Shown piece by piece: positions 40,904-54,179 of a stretch of 64,000 bases of DNA. The DNA comes from Paragordius varius. Its lineage: Eukaryota; Animalia; Nematomorpha. Positions within the stretch are counted from its first letter, which is position 1, and every line of letters starts with the position of its first letter. Both the position numbers and the translations under genes were made by a program. The notes below the pieces were generated by a model, which was not told where the DNA came from, searched no databases, and saw nothing but the letters and a program-made list of their open reading frames with translations. The stretch spans positions 4,154,001 through 4,218,000 of the forward strand of contig OZ176055.1 of the NCBI GenBank assembly GCA_964247055.1. Reading direction: 5' to 3'.

Positions 40904-43900
40904 TGAAAATCCATTGATTTAAATGATTGTATTAATTTTTATAAAAAAAATAAAACTAAAAAATTAATATGCTATGTGATTTTAAACCCTTAATATTGAA
41001 GAATCTATAGATTTGCTTGTTGGATTAGGATTGTCGCTAATTTTTTCGTTCGCCTTTATAAAATTCTTACTTAACGAAATATCAACTAACCGTTTCCACA
41101 ATATCAATGATTGAATCTATAAAGAATGATATTTAAGTTAATATATTCTAAAAAATATTTTAATGAAATAAATCAATTTGAAAATATAATTGTGTAAATT
41201 CTGTAAAAACTTCCTTCCCACATAAATGTGAAATAAAATTAAATATAAATTTTTTAATCATTTATAAATGGAATACCAAGAGTGGGAAAAGCAAAAAGAC
41301 TAAGCCAATCATATAAATTGAAATGGGGACAAACGTATTGTATGAAAGTAAGAGGTAAAAAAAGTAACTAGCATGCAATTTTTCATGCACATTATTGAAT
41401 GATCTTATCATACCTTCCAGGAATCTATGTTGCGTATAATAGAGCATAAAAAAGTATTATTAGGAAATTACCGTTTGAGTTCAAAAATATGTAACTATGG
41501 TTGGGTTTTTGACCGGACATATAATAACAGGTCTCACCGCTTATCCAGTAAAAATTAAAATTATAAAGACAAAACGAACTATAAGACAAATAATTTTTTT
41601 AAAAAGACAGTAAACCTTAATGTTTTACCATCCTATCGATTTGGGGTGCAAAATATGGAATAGATATGTAAAATAATTTTACAATTTAATCATTATGAAA
41701 AAAACAAGATTTTATTAAATACATGGCTGCACAAAAAATATTTAATTTTAGTTTTTACGTTTTGTCTTTATAATTTTACTGTAAATGCAGTCATTAATGG
41801 TCATAAACAGTTATAAACCGAATTTATTGTAACTAAACCGAACAAAAAGAAATTAGGCATTCAAATTGGTTTGATAGTGTCAAAATATATTTGTAACAAA
41901 TAACGAAAATTTAATTTTTAAATTTTTAGTAAATTTTTTATACCATTATTATGTATTATTTCAATCAGAAATAAACATATGTCTGAAAGATTTCGAATAC
42001 TTATTTTTAATGCTTTCATAAGGAATACATAATATATACCATTTACACTTCAAGAGTGTCCTTGAACAATTCAAGTTGGTCCTTGAACAATTCAAGTTGG
42101 TCCTTGAACAGTTCAAGTTGGTCCTTGAACAATTCAAGTTGGTCCTTGAACAGTTCAAGTTGGTCCTTGAACAATTCAAGTTGGTCCTTCAACAATTCAA
42201 GTTGGTCCTTTAACTTTTTTGTTTTGTTTTTAACTTTTATCAATCAGATCGAAGATAATTCGTCTATTTTATTGTTTTTAACCTATTTTCTATTATTTAA
42301 CATAAATTTTAAATCGATATCAACTTTTAATCTTTGAAAAACCGTATATCTTTATTAATTTTCTCAAAATAAATTTAGATATTTATAAGATTTTAACACG
42401 AAATAAAAAAATATATAAGTTTTCTGGGTTATTAATTAAAATTTTTTATTAAAAACATTTAAAAGTCAATAATTTTGTTCAATTGAAAAAAAATAGTTTT
42501 AAACAAAAAAAGTGGTTTTTCAATAAAAAAATATATTTTTAAATGAATAAATATATAATAAATAAAGAAAATTAGGTTAATAAATAATAAAATAAAAAAA
42601 TAAATGCAAAAATATGGTTAAATCAAAATTTATAAATTTTAAGGACCAACTTGAACTGTTCAAGGACCAACTTGAATTGTTCAAGGACCAACTTGAATTG
42701 TTCAAGGACCAACTTGAACTGTTCAAGGACCAACTTGAATTGTTCAAGGACCAACTTGAACTGTTCAAGGACCAACTTGAATTGTTCAAGGACCAACTTG
42801 AATTGTTCAAGGACACTCTTGAAGTGTAAATGGTATAATACCTTCATAAGTATATTTACCTACCTACATATAGGTTTTACCCCAAAACTTTTTACGTAAC
42901 GATTTTCAGCTCTGTCATAATAGAGTTTATTAGTCGAAGATCGAGATGGTGATTTTTGACTAGGGTCAACAGAATCTATATCTGCAACAATAGATATTGC
43001 ATCTATCCCATAAGCCGTAAAGAAGGCATGAGGAGATATACTATTGGCGAGCAAAGAAGCACGATTTTCCTATTAATGCAAAAAATTGAAGTTAAAATAA
43101 AAAATGTATAAGTTAGCATGATAATATGAGTTTACAGAAAAATATTTAAATTAATCACTATAATTTAGCACTAAAGTTTTCATTTCATTTCCCCAAAAAA
43201 TAAATTATCTTGACTTGTAATTTAAAAGCCCAAAAATAAAACTAAAAATGGGAAATTGTTTATAAAAATACTATATATATCAAATTCACGATTTCGATTT
43301 TTTTTGTAAATGCCTTAATTTACAAACCCGATAAAATTAACCTTTCTTTCCATAAAAATTTAATACGTACAAGTGAATCTTGGTCAATGTGGTCCATGTC
43401 AATTTTATAAGGGAAAATTGATTCCATCATGAAATACATGAGATTAAACAACGGTACACAGAACTCATACATTTTGATATATTGCCAAAGGTATTGAGGT
43501 AAAAATTGTTGTCCGTATATACCAAGTTTTCGGCACCAATCATAAGTTTTCTATTAATAAAACAAAAATATATTAAACTTATATTCATAATGAAAATAGA
43601 TTCTATATTTAATAATCTTGAATTTATGAAAATAATAATCTGTTTAAAACTTCTATTCAAAGATTCTGATTTTTTTTGGTGATGTGCCCTATTACCAAAT
43701 TTTTTATAATCTCATAGGTAAGAAATTTCCAATAATTAATTATTTATGAGAGAGTTTAGGTTAAAATTAAGTGTTTTTTTTGGCCCTATTACATTTAGCA
43801 TAATTATTATTCCATTTAATAATCAAATGTGGTTTAACAATTTCGTCAAACAAAGATACCTCTAGTATACAAACTAATACTCAAAACATTTCGGGATTAA

Positions 43901-46900
43901 TTTTGAGCGAAATACTAAAGTGGAGTATTTTTTCCATTTTGTTTGGATAAGTTTCCTCCAAACATATAGTTTGAAAAATTTATTAATTGCTCATTCTATT
44001 TTCCAATGTCCAGCTTTCACACCCATAAATTAATGTGGGGAATACTGTTGCCCTGATAATCTAATTTTAATTAATTTGGTATCATGCGACGACCAAATCT
44101 TATTATGTTTTAAAGTAACTGATTTTTCAATGGCAATTCTTCGTTTATTTCTGGGGTAAGGTTGTTGTCAATATTTAATATACTGACCAAATACGTAAAA
44201 TTGGTTACGGTTTCATTTGGATTACCGTTGAGGATTATTGCGTTGATTGTTTGAGCCAGGTTGATTTGCATTCATCACTATTTGCAACAAAACTAATCCC
44301 GAAATGTCTCTATTTGACAGCGTTATACGCCAAAAACTCTTACTTCGGAACCTTATGAGTTAACTCACCCGAGTGAAGGGCGAGACAACTTGCTGAATAG
44401 ATAACATCATCAAAAAACAAACCAAATTTTAGTCGAACTAAACGCTAGATCTGGCATACACGATGAGTGGAGGAGACATATTTTCAATTTCGCAGTTGAT
44501 CAAAATCGACCTTAGCAACAATAAAAACAACTCAAAAGTCCATTTTATTTAGATGGTGTATTGATTTTCAGATTTTGTTTCTTGAAATATCATAAGAATC
44601 AAAACCCCAAGCCAACTTTAAATTTATAAAATTATTTTAAAGATATGTTTTAACTTTTCCTCACTTTCTTATTGAGAAAAAATTATTAATTAGCATTAAT
44701 CGCCTATTAATTGAAAAAAGTTCCATATAAATTGTCAATTTTATTTCGAAATTCCAAAGTTAAAAAATTATTTAGTATATATTCATTTTAACACCAGACA
44801 ACAGATTTTGACTTTTTTAAGAGGCATTATTTCATTAAAGTACATAAATAGTATATCTGAAAAAAATTGGTCCAACACCTAAGAATTTTTTTATTTTTTT
44901 TGAAAATTTTTGGCCCCAATTTAAGCTCGAAATTTTCAAAATTAAAAGTTTTAGATAAATAGCCATGTATATTATATAATTCGAAAGAGCGCGAAGGACT
45001 GAATTTTTCGCATGGTAGTTAGTCATTTAAATCATATTAATGTAAAAGTTATTTGGCTTTATAGTGTCAAAATTTTTAACCCATAAGTAATTCAAAAATT
45101 TTTACAGACAAACTAACTTAAAAATAATATAAGATTTTTTAATATAATTATTAAGGTAACATTAGTAAAAAAATTTAAAAATAATAAAAAGCTTTTGGTT
45201 TGCTTTTTAATAAAAATTATTATTATTATAATTATTTACCTGATGACTAAAATGCATAGTTATAACTGTAAATTTATTACATATATAAAAGATCAGGAAT
45301 TCCATAAACTATTTAGTCATTGAAATTCTGAAATTATAAGACTTTTTAAGAAAATAAATAATATTGATTTGATGGTATTTTTTAAAAAAAAACAAAAAAT
45401 TAAAAATGGCTGTTTTGAATGACAAGCAATTAATGAATGTTTTAATCAAAAAAAAACTTTCTCGTTTTATCTTTTTTAGACATTTGTCATCTACAAAAAA
45501 TCAAATTATACAAAATTCTTAGGTGGAATTATAATATATATATTTCAGATTTACTGTTAAATATAGTAAAACTCGGCAGAATAATTTGTTAAGTGTAATA
45601 CTTCTATCATCTTCAATCGATTTAGTTTTGAAGATGCCTTAGAAAGTAAGCAAAAAATATATATTTAAAGTAACTAATATCAACAATATATTAGAGGCAT
45701 AAGCTTAATATCTTTCACTTTAATAAATTATTTCAAAATACTAAATGAAAATCAAGTATTTTTGTCATACAGATATTGTAGAGTGATAAATTTTGTATCT
45801 TTGTTCAAGTTGGCATAAGGTAATCAACTACCCCGAACTGTATCGAGGTATTAAATGTTAGTTAATTGTTAAACTATAAAATTAAAAAAAATAAACGCAT
45901 TTTTAAACCTAACCACATGTGTAATATTTTTATGTTTAAAATAGTTTTATGGAGGCAAATCGGAAATAGTTCAATATGAGAATATAGAGTCGTTAATCAT
46001 ACTTCTAGAATGATAATAATAGTAAAAACTGGCCGTGTTTTAAAATTGGTTTATACCGTAAACGCTCGCCGACCGCTGCAAAAACTCGAACTAATTTTTT
46101 GACCTAATGTATGAAATATTGACCGATTATGAAAAAATAATCATTCATAATTTTTTAATTTATCTTGTCAGGAAAATATTCACAAAATGTTTTGCCCAAT
46201 TTGTGTTTATTTTTTTAATTTTTATCAATTAACTAATTCATAATTTTTGTGTATATTAATTTCTTAGAATATTTCAAGTATGCAGATTTTGGCCGTATAT
46301 AGTGGATTATAAGCAGTCATTCTGCTTACTAAAAGCATATTGAAATAATAAGGATTCTCTTTTCAATTTAATTAAATTAGGCCTATGATTGTCAATTTTT
46401 TATTTGTATTTATATAAATGCATGATTCCTAATAAAAAGAGTATTAAAAGTACCGTGTCTGTTCTAAATTTTGTCGTAATTTCTTGTTTATTTGCTAAGC
46501 TTTGAGCTACATTTAATATATCCTGATTGGGCAATTTCCCGTTAAGTCCATTAACTATGAATTGCAAATGTTTGAAATAGAGATGAGTGACATCTTGCAC
46601 ATTAAATCTGCCATTAATATCAAAATGAAATGCAGCTTGAATATGGCCCGAACGATATTGTAATGCATCGTACGTTAAATTAAAATGGGCATTTTTCAAT
46701 TCATTATCGTTATAGGAATTAAAATAGGAATGAGTAAAAATTAAGGGTCCCAAGGATTTGTGAGTTGAAATTAAAAATATTATATCCTTAGCCAACCAGG
46801 GAGTTAGATTTACGTTGTGTATAAGCGCAGTTAATAAAGATAATACTGTCGAAATAGATATAATGCTGATGTTAGGTGTAGGATTCATATTTGAGTTAAA

Positions 46901-47344
46901 CGAAGTGCTAATAAGGATAGCATCATAAGAAGGAACATTGTTAGGGCGATATATAGCATATAAATTTTTTCCAACCATCATAGGTTTGGGCTTATTAAAT
47001 GAAGCCTCATAATTTTGAGAAAAAACTTGAAAATTTAATTCTTTTAGATATAAATTAAGTGTATTGAAACATTTGCTATTAAAATTATTTTCACATAATT
47101 TATTCAATTGTTTAAGCGAACTTTTAGAATCTTTATTAAGGTTGTAAATTTCATCAACCAAGCCTGGAGATAAAGCATTTTCATCAACATGGGTCGATTT
47201 GGATAATCCCAAGGGGTTTGAATTTCTTAACAAATTATTTGGAATACATAAAAACTTCCATAAAATTCCAAATAATAGAAAACTGCAGCATATTATCCAG
47301 GTTTTTGTGCAATTTTTGTAAGCCCGATTTTTGTTATAAAACAT
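40091..47344 (-). CDS. GPAA1: GPI transamidase component GPAA1/Gaa1
   Basis: Exon 47344-46454: N-terminal TM, THVDENALSPGLV, WLAKDIIFLI, RSGHIQAA, GLNGKLPNQDILN. Exon about 43069-42864: SPHAFFTAYGIDAISI. Exon 41423-about 41270: RFLEGMIRSFNNVHEKLHASYFFYLL...FVPISIYM. Terminal multi-TM exon about 40714-40091. These match conserved Gaa1 blocks (ENAL.PG, WAKDIIF, GQLPNLD, LNNLLERLHQSFFFYLL). A small exon near 43460-43550 is possible. Confidence 0.9.
41546..41781. mobile_element. Tc1/mariner-like MITE with CAGT ends in a GPAA1 intron
   Basis: Left CAGTAAAAATTAAAATTATAAAGACAAAACG versus right CGTTTTGTCTTTATAATTTTACTG|TA, an inverted match of about 24 bp. Confidence 0.55.
42035..42837. mobile_element. 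Foldback-type element with about 180-200 bp terminal inverted arms made of tandem 21-bp units
   Basis: Left arm TATACCATTTACACTTCAAGAGTGTCCTTGAACAA plus 7 units of TTCAAGTTGGTCCTTGAACA(A/G). The right arm is the reverse complement with 8 units, ending GTGTAAATGGTATA. There is an AT-rich spacer of about 420 bp and TA/TATA at both ends. Confidence 0.9.
43870..44530 (-). mobile_element. Decayed RTE-type LINE fragment in a GPAA1 intron
   Basis: Minus-strand motifs FFDDVIYS (YADD-like), ETVTNFTYLVSIL, TVFPTLIYGCESW, FKLYVWRKLIQTKW. Confidence 0.75.
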
Positions 47345-47879
47345 TTAAATACATGTGTACCGCACCATATTTAGTTAATGATTATGTTAAAATCAATATA
47401 ATTCAATTCTTTTTGACCGTTAAAAATTAGGGTGTTAGAATAACGTAATAATATATAAGTTTGAAAGGATAATATACCAAGAAATAGTCTTGGTTTTGGC
47501 CCTTACGACTGATAGAAAGTAATTAATATTTTTGTTACTTAATATCAGAAAATAAAAAAATATGAGCCCATTTTGTTAAATAAAATATTTTTGGTATGAG
47601 CTAAATTCTAATAGTTAAGAATCTCACTGATATATATATCACTAATTATAAATAAAAATAATTTTTATGAAAGCCCCAATTTGTTTCGCCGTCCTAAAAT
47701 GGGCTAATTCTCTTTAAAAAACCAAGAATGTGGATGCGCGATAAAATATTTAAATATATGCTAAATTTTGCATCAAAAAATTTTCCAGCAAAATAAATTT
47801 TTATTGAAAATTTAATTTTAGCAAAATTTTGGTGAAGCGAGTTTATATTATTTTCAAGGATAGCGGTAAATAAAAACAA

Positions 47880-48111
47880 TTTAATAAAAACTATATTTTT
47901 ACCTTCCCGTTTTAGCTTAAAATAAGTATTATCAAGGATTTTTGAATAAAATTTTTTATATATTTCGGTTCATTAATGTTATATAAGTGCAAACTTTTGC
48001 CATTCTGATTCCTTCCATATTTTTTAAAGAATTAAATTTTAAACAGGCTTGGGGTATCCATCTACTCCAATTCTAATCGAAGGACTGAAATGAATGTGGT
48101 GTATTGAAGTG
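47880..48111 (+). mobile_element. 3' half of the piggyBac-like MITE between GPAA1 and the tandem array
   Basis: Matches 26520-26738 (ACAGGCTTGGGGTATCCA..ATCGAAGGACTGAAATGA..AAGTG|TTAA); followed by a short inverted fragment of the same family. Confidence 0.7.
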
Positions 48112-48706
48112 TTAATTTTGATTAGGATAGAAGCATAAATTTAAATAAAATTATTTCTTTCAGTAATTTTTTAATAATATCAATTTAATATGATAAGGGG
48201 TTGTTTTAACATAATGTGCGCTTATATACGATTTTTGGATTTGGAGTATTTACCTTTTAGAATATTTTTAAATTGCACAAAACCAAAAACACCATGATGA
48301 TCCTGATACAGTTATCTATCAGAATATGTATATTTCATCAAAATAAATATTTTGTGCGCACTGTCTAGTTAAGTTCTTAAGGTAATAGAAATCAGCATTG
48401 AAAAAGGTGTTTAATATGTTTTCACACTGGCTCAATTATTATTCATTAAAAACAACAATTTTGATATTTTTAAACTTGTGCATTTTTTCGAAAATATTTT
48501 GATTAACCTTAGACTAAAAATTGCTTATGCGCAATCGCGGCACTTTCTCCTTTTTTAACATTTCAATATATCGAATTTATATTTTTATCCCATAAATTAA
48601 ATATTTTATGCTTACCACATTTTTCTTTAAAATTAGAAATTGAATAATCCTTTTTATATTCTCATTTTTTTATTTATGTGACAACATATTTAAAATGTAT
48701 ATATCA

Positions 48707-48737
<31 letters not shown>

Positions 48738-48808
48738 GTTTAACAATCATTTTAAAATTGATTGTCTATCATTTATATACACAATCACTTACTAAATTAA
48801 ATTAAAAA

Positions 48809-49936
48809 ATGAAACGCAAATATTCTGTTGCATTAAAAACTAATACCAAAAAACAAAAAATATCGCAAACCAAAGCACCCAAAGTAAAGGCTAAACCGGC
48901 AAAACGAAAAAACCAACAAACTTCTATCAAGAAAAAGGAGCATAAAAACCGAAAAATTAGATTACAAAACAAAAATGTTAAGAAAAAAGGTTTTAAACCC
49001 ACGAGGGCACAAAAACCAAAAACACCGTCAAAAAAAGTTTCCACCACCAAAGGTACAAAAAGAAAAGCAAAAGTTTCCAAACAGAAAACTAAAATTGTTT
49101 GCAAAAACAAATCTAAAAAACCTAAGCCTGAATCTTTTCGTAAAAACAAAGCTCCCAAAATGGATTGCTCAAAATATGGAATGGTTAAAAAGAATAAGAA
49201 AGTAAAGAAAGTTGCCAATAAACGTGTAACCAAAGCTAAGAAAAACGTTAAACGCATTAAGACAATAAAAATAGTTGATGATGTACCTTTGGAAATTAGA
49301 ACATCTATCATAAACTCGAGTATTGTATGTCACAATAAGGCGATTAAAATAGACGATCATAACATTCTAAATGAACCCATTAGTGTCAATGATGAGGATA
49401 TTGAAGACACTGCCATAAAAATTGTGCAAGAAGCGGCTATATTGGCTAAACAACAAATGCTGGAAAATGATGAAAGCACAAGAAGCGACACCAATTGTTT
49501 CCACAGTAGAAGCGAGGTCAGACAATCGATTGCCGATCGATTCCCAGCTTATTACACACATAGAGTTATTAGCGGGAAACGGGCGTCCTATCGTTCGTGC
49601 GTATGGCGAACTCGGTCGGCAGATTCTCGCAAATCATCGCCAATGCCAAGAATGAAAAAGCTAAATATCTTGTGTTCAAAGTAAGACCTATCTTTTATAC
49701 TTACAAACTTATTTTACAATATAATATTATTTCAAACCATTTATTGCAGATGTAAGTGTTCCTACTTTGGAAATTCTGATTCAAGCGATGATCTCCCGTA
49801 TATTAGAAGGAGAAGAGGTAGAATTTTCACAGAGCCCGTACCTATCTGTCCATTGCCCGGCCAGGAAAACAGTCATAATCTGCCAGACATAATGGGTTCC
49901 AATTGCTTGGCTCCCATATTCTCCTCCCATTTTTAA
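48809..49936 (+). CDS. Lysine-rich basic protein, copy 1 (352 aa; exons 48809-49680, 49750-49936), function unknown
   Basis: Open ORF with a GTAAGA..TTGCAG 69-nt phase-2 intron. About 55 Lys in the first 154 aa with only 3 acidic residues, a TPSK motif, an acidic middle (DEDIEDTA), and an Arg/Ser/Cys-rich C-terminus (RSCVWRTRSADSRKSSP, YIRRRRGR). Confidence 0.8.
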
Positions 49937-52900
49937 TGTAATATACATAATCACCTAAAATAAGCTAGCTTTAATAAGGGTTTTATGTTAAAATTTGATA
50001 GTTGACCACAATTTAATTAAAATTGTATTTTCGAAATATAACGTTACATTTGTTTTAAAATATCTTTGAAAGTATAATATTTTTTTACATTTTAGATCCA
50101 CCCATAATCAACAATTGAAAATTAAATCATACAACATCTCAGTATTATAATTTTTCAATATATATTGTTAACTTGAAATTGGATGCATGCAGTGCAAATA
50201 TCGATCTTATAAACTAACTAAAAAGGCGCAATAACTAATGAATTCAGCTTCTGGCTATTAACTTTTCAAATCACTCTAAATAACATTTGAAATATTGTGT
50301 TAATAATCAGCCATAAATACAGACAACCAAAAGAGTAAAAGAAACCATATTTATGAAAACATTTGGTAGAGTTAGAAAATGTGTTCAAGATAACAAACAT
50401 GAATCAGCCAGACAGTTATAGTAAACATTATATACCCATCCTCTCCTTAACAAATGATGATCATTCATCTCTTATTATACCATTCATTTGCAAAAAAACG
50501 ATTAAAAAGTTTAAAGAGCAGATCGCCATAGTGTTTACAAAAATTGAAAGAATGAATCGTTAATAAAAGTTATCGCTCAATGATATTTAGTTAAAAATTG
50601 TTATGCCATTGAATATCAAAAGAAATCTGTCCGAAATTGAATGTATTGGAATTAAAGGCAAATATTAGCAATCTCCCTATTGTAAACTGAAAGAAATGTT
50701 TAAAAACAATAAAACTTTGGATATGTTAAGCATCACACAACTAGAAATAAAGTTTCTACCTTACATAGATGGTTGTAGCCAAAAAATGGAAAATTAAATA
50801 ACGTCTGCCAATTTCAAAGAAGCCTTTAACATTAATCAGAATCCGAAACGTATGGATTTTTATGCGACATAAATCTATTGATTAGAAGCTTATCAAGGTG
50901 CCTAAAACAATCTTTCGTTGATATTTATATAATTGCGTACTTCTTTTATATATATGTTCAAAAACAAAAATAAATATTAAAAAACATTTAGTTATATTTA
51001 AAACAGAGGTAAACAACACAAATGGCTTCGAGGGCCGCATTTTAGACCAAAAAATTTGGTGAATCTATAAGGCATGAAAAATATGTATATGATTAACAAG
51101 CATAAACATTTTAACAATAATTTTTGCTAATTCGTTGCCAAAATTTGAATAATATATTCATTCAGAAATTGTTTAAAGGAATATCATTACTAAAGATTAA
51201 ATAGCAGTGTTTTTACGAATTATAGAATTTCATATTTATTTGTTAATTTTCCAATTTCATGTGCCGCACAAAATACCTTAAAGGGAGACATATGACTCAT
51301 ATATTATGTATATGTGCTGTCAATTTATTATAATTAAATTTAGATTTTTAAAACGATTTGTGAGTAAAACTCAGCAGGTGTTGGAGTTCAACGTAAATTG
51401 CAAATGCTTTCATTCCATATTAAGCCAAAAGATCGACTTGAACAGCCGTCATAATCAGATTATCTATGAGTTTTATCTTTATAGTGCGCCAGGGTAAAAA
51501 ATGAAGTTCTATAAATTTTACTATTTTTGAATAGAGTAACTCACTGACTTTTATGAAACAAAATTGGGGATCATATTGCATATATGGAAATTAAACTCAA
51601 AAACTGATTTTAAGAAGTTGGCAATTTAATTTTTGTCATAAAATTATGGATCATAATGGCTAAAACTTTGCAAAAACATGATAAAAAATACTTAATTTTT
51701 GGGTTTTCGTTTCAATAAACTTTAAAACTTAAAAATAAAAGCGTCTAAAATGGTAGATTTTCTAATGTAGAGTCAAAAAATTCATAAAACGTTAATATTG
51801 GTATATGTGGGTTAAAAGATGTAAAAATTTAGCTTAAGAATCAGATTTGTCTAAAAACACTTAGTATTAGTGCACTAGCCTATTATGTGGCAAACCACAA
51901 TTTCCTGTGTATATTTGATAAAATCATATGAGGTCTAACTTTAAATTAAAAACATCCGCTACGTTAATATAAATTATGGATAATTTACTGTTTTAATTAA
52001 ATATTTAAATAAATAAATTATATTTTAACCGAAATAATTCACGTTTTATGCGCTTAAAAAACATCTAAGCCGCAAATAAGGATGAATTACTGTTTTACAT
52101 TATTTTATATTTTTTGAATAATTTTTTGGAGTTTTGGAAAACGATATCTTTAAATTTGCCATTTTCATGGACATCATGACGCCTCATTACTAGTTAGTCA
52201 AACAAGGGAGCGATTTCAAAATTTATCATTCAAAACATAATCGATATTGGATCATTTAAACTTTGCATTATGTGACCTTACTCACCATTCATTTAGTATA
52301 ACGGGAATCGAAACTTGGACAATTAAATATGTTATAATTAATATATAAACATTTATACTAGCAGTTTTCAAATTAGTTATCGGAAATCATGTTCTATTTA
52401 TAATTCGTCTGAATTTCCGGCTTTAAACATTAAAATAATTTTAACCTCGTTTAAAAAAATATCAAAAAACCTCCAAATTTGAATGATTTTAGAACAAATA
52501 GATACATTATTTCCCGGAAAAGATAAATTTCTTACTTTTGCCAGTAACACTTTAAAATCACCCATATATACAAATTCCTCTAAAACCTTCAAATTAAACG
52601 TTATTATTTCGAATACGCCTGGACATTTCCAGCTCACACAGAAAATTTCAAATTTACCCTCATTTTAAGTCATCCTAACATTTCAATCATCATGAAAATA
52701 GACACCTGCTTTTCTGGGCCAAACAAATACTGATTATATTTGGTCTCAATTTCGGTGTTACCTGTTCTTATAAATAATTTTTTGAGTGATATAAAGTATT
52801 TGAGAATGAATTTGGTATGTTCATGTGTATATTTGATTTAAGGGATTTTAATAAAAATAAAAAAATGATTATAGATATTAAAAAATTTGACTTTTCTCAA

Positions 52901-54179
52901 AGTAACTAAATTGATAAATATTTGGTATTTGTTAATCATATTTTCTATTTTTCTATTTAAATTTCTTTTTATTTGGGTATATGTCTTGTCACTAAATATG
53001 TCAAATAAAATAATAAACCAGGGCACTTGAATTATGAAAACGAATATTTAGTATCCACTATAAGTTAAATTAACCAGGAAGCACATTATTTTTTGGGTTA
53101 ATTAGAAATCAAGGATGATTTTATTTAAGTTTTTTAAATAGCTTAGTGGCGAGTTTAATATGTTCCAGTATGGACGTGAATGTTCCAGGTTTTATGCTCA
53201 AGGGTAAATTTAGGTAAATAATTACAAAGGACGCTAATCTCTGCAGATAAAGCGAACGAGATAAATCTCCTTCTTGCTAATATGAATCAAATGTTACGAT
53301 GATTTTCTATGACTTGATTTATGGGTGTATTTTTATATATTATGTTAATTTAGATTGAGAAATCAAAGGCTAACTAAAAAAGTAGTTACGCCATGTCAAA
53401 CATAAATACATGTAAAAAGCATAATTGAAAATTATAGATTGAAACTTACAAGTAAAAATAAAGTAAATGAAACTTTTAACTTTTTTACGTGGGGAGCTAG
53501 GGTTTAAGTTAGAACGTTCCGTTTCTACTATACAGTTAATAATTCGAATAATATTATATTTAATAGTCCTTTTCCTTGTCGCTTATTGCACGTTTCCAAT
53601 GTGATTGATGCCACATTCAGAAAAACAGACTCAGGTACAATCTTTGCAAATAAATGGCTATTCATAAAGAGAAATTGTTTAATATTTTCATAAAAATCTT
53701 TTTAAGCTTCTGCCTATTGTTTATTGGGATAAACGAATGGATTAATTTGAAAACAAAAATTTTGTTATTTTCTAAATAATATATGAAATAACTCACTACA
53801 TTAGATAAATTGTTAAAAGAAGTTACATCTAATAATACATGGTTGAAATTCCCTAGGTATATATGGAGGTTTTAAATTTGACTATAAGTATATTTGGTCG
53901 GGCCGTTTATATCATAATTACGTCTATGAGAATAAATTTATTTTGCAGGCCCTTTAAATTAAATTGGTTACATTAGACAATATTAATAATTTTTTTAGTT
54001 TTAATTAACTATAGTCAAATTAATTTATTTTTTAAGAATTATAATAATTTTATTTTACTCCCAGTGTTTTATTTATGTTACAACATATAGAATCTTAAAT
54101 ACTATATAGGTTTAACAATCATTTTAAAATTGATTGTCTAACATTACTTACACAATTACTTGTTAAATTAAATTAAAAA

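Noticed and set aside
42043-42829. 21-bp tandem repeats as a CRISPR array
   Set aside because: The units are directly adjacent with no unique spacers, form two inverted arms inside a eukaryotic intron, and have no cas genes nearby.
41961-42899. Eight track ORFs with heptad repeats (KDQLELF, NCSRTNL, LNNSSWS, LEQFKLV)
   Set aside because: These are by-products of a stop-free 21-nt repeat, open on both strands in mirror image. They are not genes despite the leucine-zipper look.
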